The notes below the pieces were generated by a model. The model did no database searches, had not been told where the DNA came from, and saw only the letters and a list, made by a program, of their open reading frames with translations. From Atribacterota bacterium (GTDB lineage: Bacteria; Atribacterota; Phoenicimicrobiia; Phoenicimicrobiales; Stramentimicrobiaceae), in NCBI GenBank assembly GCA_040767965.1, contig JAXGNR010000005.1, positions 96,001-160,000 on the forward strand: 64,000 nt of DNA. The letters run 5' to 3'. The first letter of the stretch is position 1. Each line of letters begins with the position of its first letter. A program made the position numbers and the translations under genes. This document shows positions 58,502 to 64,000 of this stretch, in pieces.

Positions 58502-60379
58502 CTAAGATGATTTTTTGCGTTTCATTTTTTCCATATTAATCATTAAAGCAGTTATATCCGAAGGGGTGATTCCAGGAATCCTTTTAGCCTGTCCTAATGA
58601 CACGGGCTTAATTTCGCTTAATCTCTGAATCCCCTCATGAGAGATTCCATAAAGTTCTGCGTAGTTTATATCAGTAGGTATTCTATAATTCTCCATTTTT
58701 TTAAACCTTTTTACTTCATCTTCCTGGCGTTGCAAATAACCAGAATATTTTATTTGGATTTCAACCTGTTCAATGACTTCCTGATTTAACAATGGTCTTT
58801 CCGAATCAAGAATTTTAGAAGAATGATAAGATAACTCTGGTCTTGTCAATAATTCCGACAAGGAAACTGGTTTTTGAAGAGGAGAGGTATTTAGCTTTGC
58901 AAGTTGATTATTGGTTTCAGCAGTTGGGAATATTTTTAATTGTTGCAATCGTGTTATTTCATTTTCAATTGCCTCTTTCTTTTTAAGAAATTTTTGATAC
59001 CTTTCTTTGGAAATTAGTCCGTATTTATAACCAAAAGGAGTTAATCTTAAATCAGCATTATCCTGACGAAGTAATAGGCGGTATTCTGCCAGCCCTGTTC
59101 TTAATCTGTATGGTTCAGTAATGCTTTTTGTGACCAAGTCATCTATTTCAACTGCTATGTAAGCCTGCGATCTGTCCAGAATAAGCGGGTCCTGGTTATT
59201 TAGCAATTGAACTGCATTTATTCCAGCCAGGAGACCTTGCTCGGCAGCTTCTTCATAACCCGATGTTCCATTTATCTGTCCTGCTAGAAAGAGTCCGGTT
59301 ATCATTTTTGTTTCCAGAGAATATTTTAATTGATGAGGAAATATTACATCATATTCAATGGCGTAACCATATCTAACAATGTGACAATTTTCTAATCCTC
59401 TGACAGTTTGTAATGCTTGCTGCTGAATCAGAGGGGGTAGACTTGTAAAAAATCCTTGCAAATAGATTTCTTCAGATGCCTCACTTTCTGGTTCTAAAAA
59501 CAATTGGTGAGACTCGTGTTGAGGAAATCTCACAATTTTATCTTCAATTGAAGGACAGTATCTGGTTGCGGTGCTTTCAACTGTTCCATTAACTAATGGT
59601 ATTTGATGCAGGTTGTCCATTATTATTTGCTGAGTTGTTTTATTGGTACGTGTTATGAAGACTGTATGTTTACTGTAAACTCTTTTTTCAGATTCAAAAG
59701 AAAAAGCAAGAGGTTCCATGGCACTTTTTTGTTCAGTTAATTCTGAAAAGTTTATACTTCTCCGGTCTATTCTTGGAGGTGTGCAGGTATTAAGTCTGGT
59801 TGATTTAAAACCTAATGCTTTTAGCTGGTTTGCAAGATCGACAGAGGCAATTTCTCCAGCCCTACCGGCATTATATCGTGTTTTTCCAATATAAATTATA
59901 CCATTCAGGAAAGTCCCTGCAGCGATAATGGCTGTTGGGGAATAGTACTCTTTCCCTCCTTGTACAGATACTCCTTTTACCTGATTGTCTTTTATTATAA
60001 TACTGGTAACCATTTCTTGTAACAAAAAAAGATTGGCTTGATTTTGAATTGTTTTTATCATTTCTTCTTTATATTTATTTTTATCTACTTGAGCTCTCAA
60101 TGCCCACATTGCCGGACCCTTGCTGGTGTTAAGCAGTCTTATATGTAAAGTAGATTTGTCAGTTATTTTTGCTAGTTCTCCGCCTAAGGCATCAATTTCT
60201 TTAGCTACATGCCCTTTGCCAGGCCCCCCAATGGAAGGATTGCATGGTAACAGGGCAGTGTTGTCCAAATTTGAGGTAATCAAAAGTGTTTTAGCACCCC
60301 GTCTAGCAGCAGCCAATGCAGCTTCACAACCAGCATGTCCTGCTCCGATTACTATAACATCATACTGAAAACGATTCAT
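58502..60379 (-). CDS. mnmG: tRNA U34 modification enzyme MnmG/GidA (start placed at ATG 60379)
   Basis: GAGHAGCEAA, CNPSIGG, RYCPSIEDK and AGQINGTSGYEEAA motifs. Confidence 0.93.
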   Translation of the reverse strand: MNRFQYDVIVIGAGHAGCEAALAAARRGAKTLLITSNLDNTALLPCNPSIGGPGKGHVAKEIDALGGELAKITDKSTLHIRLLNTSKGPAMWALRAQVDKNKYKEEMIKTIQNQANLFLLQEMVTSIIIKDNQVKGVSVQGGKEYYSPTAIIAAGTFLNGIIYIGKTRYNAGRAGEIASVDLANQLKALGFKSTRLNTCTPPRIDRRSINFSELTEQKSAMEPLAFSFESEKRVYSKHTVFITRTNKTTQQIIMDNLHQIPLVNGTVESTATRYCPSIEDKIVRFPQHESHQLFLEPESEASEEIYLQGFFTSLPPLIQQQALQTVRGLENCHIVRYGYAIEYDVIFPHQLKYSLETKMITGLFLAGQINGTSGYEEAAEQGLLAGINAVQLLNNQDPLILDRSQAYIAVEIDDLVTKSITEPYRLRTGLAEYRLLLRQDNADLRLTPFGYKYGLISKERYQKFLKKKEAIENEITRLQQLKIFPTAETNNQLAKLNTSPLQKPVSLSELLTRPELSYHSSKILDSERPLLNQEVIEQVEIQIKYSGYLQRQEDEVKRFKKMENYRIPTDINYAELYGISHEGIQRLSEIKPVSLGQAKRIPGITPSDITALMINMEKMKRKKSS

Positions 60380-60490
60380 GTTTATTCCTTTTCTCCTACT
60401 AATTAAATTATCAATATAAAAAGATAGCATATTATTTGATATTTTGCATCTTTTTGGAAAATAATTGCATTATAATAGCTGTATTTAATG

Positions 60491-60519
60491 TTGCCTGTAA
60501 AAAAGTATTATGTTATACT
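60491..60519 (+). promoter_or_regulatory. Promoter of the tRNA-Ser gene
   Basis: TTGCCT-N17-TATACT with an extended -10 TG, 6 nt before the tRNA. Confidence 0.65.
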
Positions 60520-60525
60520 TGAAAC

Positions 60526-60620
60526 GGAGAGATGACCGAGAGGCCGAAGGTGGTTGCCTGCTAAGCAATTGAGTGGATTTTAAGTCCGCTCCGCGGGTTC
60601 GAATCCCGCTCTCTCCGCCA
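60526..60620 (+). tRNA. tRNA-Ser(GCT)
   Basis: Acceptor stem GGAGAGA/TCTCTCC, discriminator G plus encoded CCA, anticodon arm GTTGC-CTGCTAA-GCAAT, long variable arm, T-loop GTTCGAATC. Confidence 0.97.
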
Positions 60621-60661
60621 TTTTTTAATTCATCCTCATCCATATCACCCGGGGAGGTTAT

Positions 60662-61180
60662 GTGGCTTCCATTTTGAATCAAAAGCTTTTAAGACAAATA
60701 AACATTAACAGTAATTTCCAATATGGTGATTTGGGAAAAGTTTTGCTTTTGCATGGACAGGTTTACCATCAAATATACGGATTTAATCATAAATTTGAGG
60801 CATATGTCGCAGAAGGTCTAGCAGAGTTTGCAAGAAAATACCAAAAGAAGAAAAGCAAATTATGGATTGTTGAAAAATCTGGAACTGCTATTGGCTCAAT
60901 AGCTATTTTAGAAAAGAGCAGCAAGATAGGACAATTAAGATGGTTTTTGGTACACCCGGATTATCAAGGTTTAAAAATTGGGAAGAGTTTATTAGAAGAA
61001 GCTATTATTTTTAGCAAAAAAGTCGGATATAAAGAAATATTTCTCTGGACTTTAAGCAACCTGGAAACAGCCAAAATAATCTATGAAAAAGCCGGATTTA
61101 AACTGAAAGAACAAAAAGAAAGCTTTATTTGGGACAGAAAACTGGTTGAGGAATTTTATATATTAGAATTAGATAATTAA
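60662..61180 (+). CDS. GNAT-family N-acetyltransferase
   Basis: QLRWFLVHPDYQGLKIGK, LWT and A..IYEKAGF motifs. Confidence 0.9.
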   Translation: MASILNQKLLRQININSNFQYGDLGKVLLLHGQVYHQIYGFNHKFEAYVAEGLAEFARKYQKKKSKLWIVEKSGTAIGSIAILEKSSKIGQLRWFLVHPDYQGLKIGKSLLEEAIIFSKKVGYKEIFLWTLSNLETAKIIYEKAGFKLKEQKESFIWDRKLVEEFYILELDN

Positions 61181-61240
61181 ATCAAAAATAAACTAATCCT
61201 AATTATTATATTATTTCAGTAAGAAGGAGAAAAGGAGATA

Positions 61241-61666
61241 GTGAAAAAAATATACAGATCTAGAAAAGATTACATTATTGGTGGTGTATGTGGGGGAATT
61301 GCTGACTATTTTGATATTGATCCAACATTAGTGAGAATTTTGGCTATTCTTATTATATTTCTGGGCGGAGTTGGTCTGGTTGCTTATGTATTAGCATGGA
61401 TAATTATTCCACCAAATCCAGATCAATTAAAAGAAGAGAAAAATGATTCTAGTAATATCAAGAATGATAATTATGAGGAAATAATAAAAAAAGACAATAA
61501 CCAGAAAAATATCTGGGGGGGTTTGTTATTAATTTTTTTAGGATTATATTTTTTACTTAGAAATTTTTTCCCTCGTATAATTTTACTGAAATTTTGGCCG
61601 GTTATATTTATAATTATTGGTGTTATTTTGATTTTTCAATCTTTTATCAAAAAAAGTAATAATTAA
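61241..61666 (+). CDS. PspC-domain membrane protein with a C-terminal LiaF/DUF5668-like TM segment
   Basis: YRSRKD.IIGGVCGGIADYFDIDPTLVR and AYVLAWIIIP motifs. Confidence 0.9.
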   Translation: MKKIYRSRKDYIIGGVCGGIADYFDIDPTLVRILAILIIFLGGVGLVAYVLAWIIIPPNPDQLKEEKNDSSNIKNDNYEEIIKKDNNQKNIWGGLLLIFLGLYFLLRNFFPRIILLKFWPVIFIIIGVILIFQSFIKKSNN

Positions 61667-61810
61667 GACTTAAAATATAAGGGACATTTATTCAACTCCA
61701 CTTTAAAAGATAGAGTAAAAATATTTTAAATATTTACAAAAAATTCATATTTATAAATATAATATTAAATAATAAAATAAATAGTATAACTAAATTATCA
61801 GGAGATAAAA

Positions 61811-63253
61811 ATGAAATTACCAGAATTTAAAACAAAAATTATTTGTACTTTAGGACCGGCAACCCATAATAAAGACATAATAAAAAAATTAGTACTGGCC
61901 GGCATGAATGTAGGCAGGCTCAATCTGGCTCATGATACCAAAGATTATCATCGGAATACATTAAAGTATGTTCGTGAAGTAGAAAAAGAACTAAATGTAT
62001 CAATTCCAGTAATGATGGACATTCCTGGTCCAAAAATAAGAATTGGTACAATAGAAAATGGGCCGGTCGTCTTGAAAAAAGGAGAAATGGTTCGATTAAC
62101 GACAAAAAAAATAATTGGTAATAATGCTATTATACCTGTTGAATATCAGCATTTATTTAAGAGTATAAAAAAAGATAGCCTTGTATATTTATATGATGGC
62201 TTTATTCAGCTTAAAGTAAAAGAGATTATTGATGATGAAGCTTTCTGTCAGGTTATAACCGGTGGAAAACTTGATTCGCATAAAGGCCTTAATTTACCCA
62301 ATAGTAAAATATACCTTGATCCTATCAGCGAAGAAGACCTTGAACTAATATCCTTTGGCTTGGAAGAAGGAGTGTCTATTTTTGGCATATCATTTGTGGA
62401 AAAAGCTGAAGATATTGTTAAGGTAAAAGAATTTGCCCAAAAAAAAGGTAAAGAAATATTTACTATTGCCAAAATTGAGCGAGAAGAAGCTGTAAATAAT
62501 ATAGATGAGATATTAAAAGTTACTGATGCCGTTATGATAGCCAGAGGAGATTTAGGAGTACAGGTTGATATTCAAAACATCCCAGTTATTCAAAAAAAAT
62601 TAATCTCCCAGGCAAATTTAATGAGTAGGCCTGTAATTACTGCAACTCAAATGTTAGTTTCTATGACTGAACATATCCGCCCAACTCGTTCTGAGGTTAC
62701 TGATGTTGCTAATGCTATTTTAGATGGCACTGATGCTACTATGCTTTCAGAAGAAACCGCTGTTGGTCAATTTCCAGTTGAAGCAACCAGGATGATGGCT
62801 AGTATAGCCATATCAACTGAAAGACAATATAGGAATTTAAGTTATACTTCTTCTTTGATGAACAATCTTCATAATTCTTTTCTGCAACAAAAACCATCAG
62901 TTGAAGATGTAATATCAATTCATACAATGGAAAGTAGCCAAATATTAAGAGCTAAATATATATTAACTCCAACGGAAAGTGGAAATACTGCACGTAGAAT
63001 TTCGAGATTTAAGCCTTATTGCTGGATTTTTGCGTTTACTACTAACAAATTCAAGGCTCGTTTTTTAAGTCTTTCGTATGGAGTTATACCTTTTTTGATG
63101 CCTGAACAAAAAGGTGACTGGTATAAGAGTATTTTAAATTTATTAAACGAGAAGAAACTAATCAACAAAGGTGAAAATTTAATATTAACAGAAGGCACTA
63201 TAAGAAGAAAAATAGGTGGTACTGATACAATCAGAATTATTTCAGTAGAATAA
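61811..63253 (+). CDS. pyk: Pyruvate kinase
   Basis: TKIICTLGPA, GPKIR, AKIE, MIARGDLGV, ATQML.SM and DVANAILDGTDA motifs. Confidence 0.94.
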   Translation: MKLPEFKTKIICTLGPATHNKDIIKKLVLAGMNVGRLNLAHDTKDYHRNTLKYVREVEKELNVSIPVMMDIPGPKIRIGTIENGPVVLKKGEMVRLTTKKIIGNNAIIPVEYQHLFKSIKKDSLVYLYDGFIQLKVKEIIDDEAFCQVITGGKLDSHKGLNLPNSKIYLDPISEEDLELISFGLEEGVSIFGISFVEKAEDIVKVKEFAQKKGKEIFTIAKIEREEAVNNIDEILKVTDAVMIARGDLGVQVDIQNIPVIQKKLISQANLMSRPVITATQMLVSMTEHIRPTRSEVTDVANAILDGTDATMLSEETAVGQFPVEATRMMASIAISTERQYRNLSYTSSLMNNLHNSFLQQKPSVEDVISIHTMESSQILRAKYILTPTESGNTARRISRFKPYCWIFAFTTNKFKARFLSLSYGVIPFLMPEQKGDWYKSILNLLNEKKLINKGENLILTEGTIRRKIGGTDTIRIISVE

Positions 63254-63274
63254 AATCAGTGAATAGGATAATGA

Positions 63275-64000
<726 letters not shown>

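Noticed and set aside
54399-60620. Excisionase-like gene plus a tRNA gene as signs of an integrated element
   Set aside because: No integrase, I saw no duplicated tRNA 3' end, and the intervening genes are core housekeeping genes
60485-60682. 65-aa minus-strand ORF
   Set aside because: It is the antisense reading of tRNA-Ser
3559-63198. Many short ORFs in the track that are antisense to or nested within long genes (for example 6245-6487, 16311-16649, 33747-34010, 58144-58413)
   Set aside because: They are shadows of well-supported genes and show no motifs that I recognise

Overview
A 64 kb stretch of ordinary chromosome from an AT-rich, probably anaerobic bacterium (genetic code 11, sigma70-type promoters, T-box regulation). 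The GE-repeat Cys-rich lipoprotein and general gene style suggest Atribacterota/JS1, but that is an inference. I see no CRISPR array, integrase, transposase or prophage. Content: a cell-wall amidase, a frameshifted M48/YgjP gene, a liv ABC operon, rsgA, a kinase plus divergent enolase pair, an L-fucose cluster, a GAF-PAS-GGDEF-HD-GYP protein, an apbE pair, ilvBNC, a 12-gene shikimate/Phe/Tyr operon, glnS, msrAB, a TrpR-like regulator with a polar amino acid ABC transporter and hisC-like gene, a LysM-M23 peptidase, carD, folD, mnmG, tRNA-Ser(GCT), pyk and the start of an N-type ATPase atpD. Highlights: (1) an unannotated 28-codon Phe/Tyr-rich leader peptide with a fully traceable set of alternative helices, forming a ribosomal attenuator ahead of the aro operon and sitting back-to-back with an Ile T-box for ilvBNC; (2) two tandem DAHP synthases with a nucleotide-identical core but different ACT specificity residues (Ser31 vs Ile31), suggesting Tyr- and Phe-sensing isozymes; (3) a kinase translationally coupled to an enolase paralogue with a remodelled C3 pocket, a candidate unknown catabolic pathway; (4) a five-fold, 8-bp-periodic operator ahead of the TrpR-like gene.
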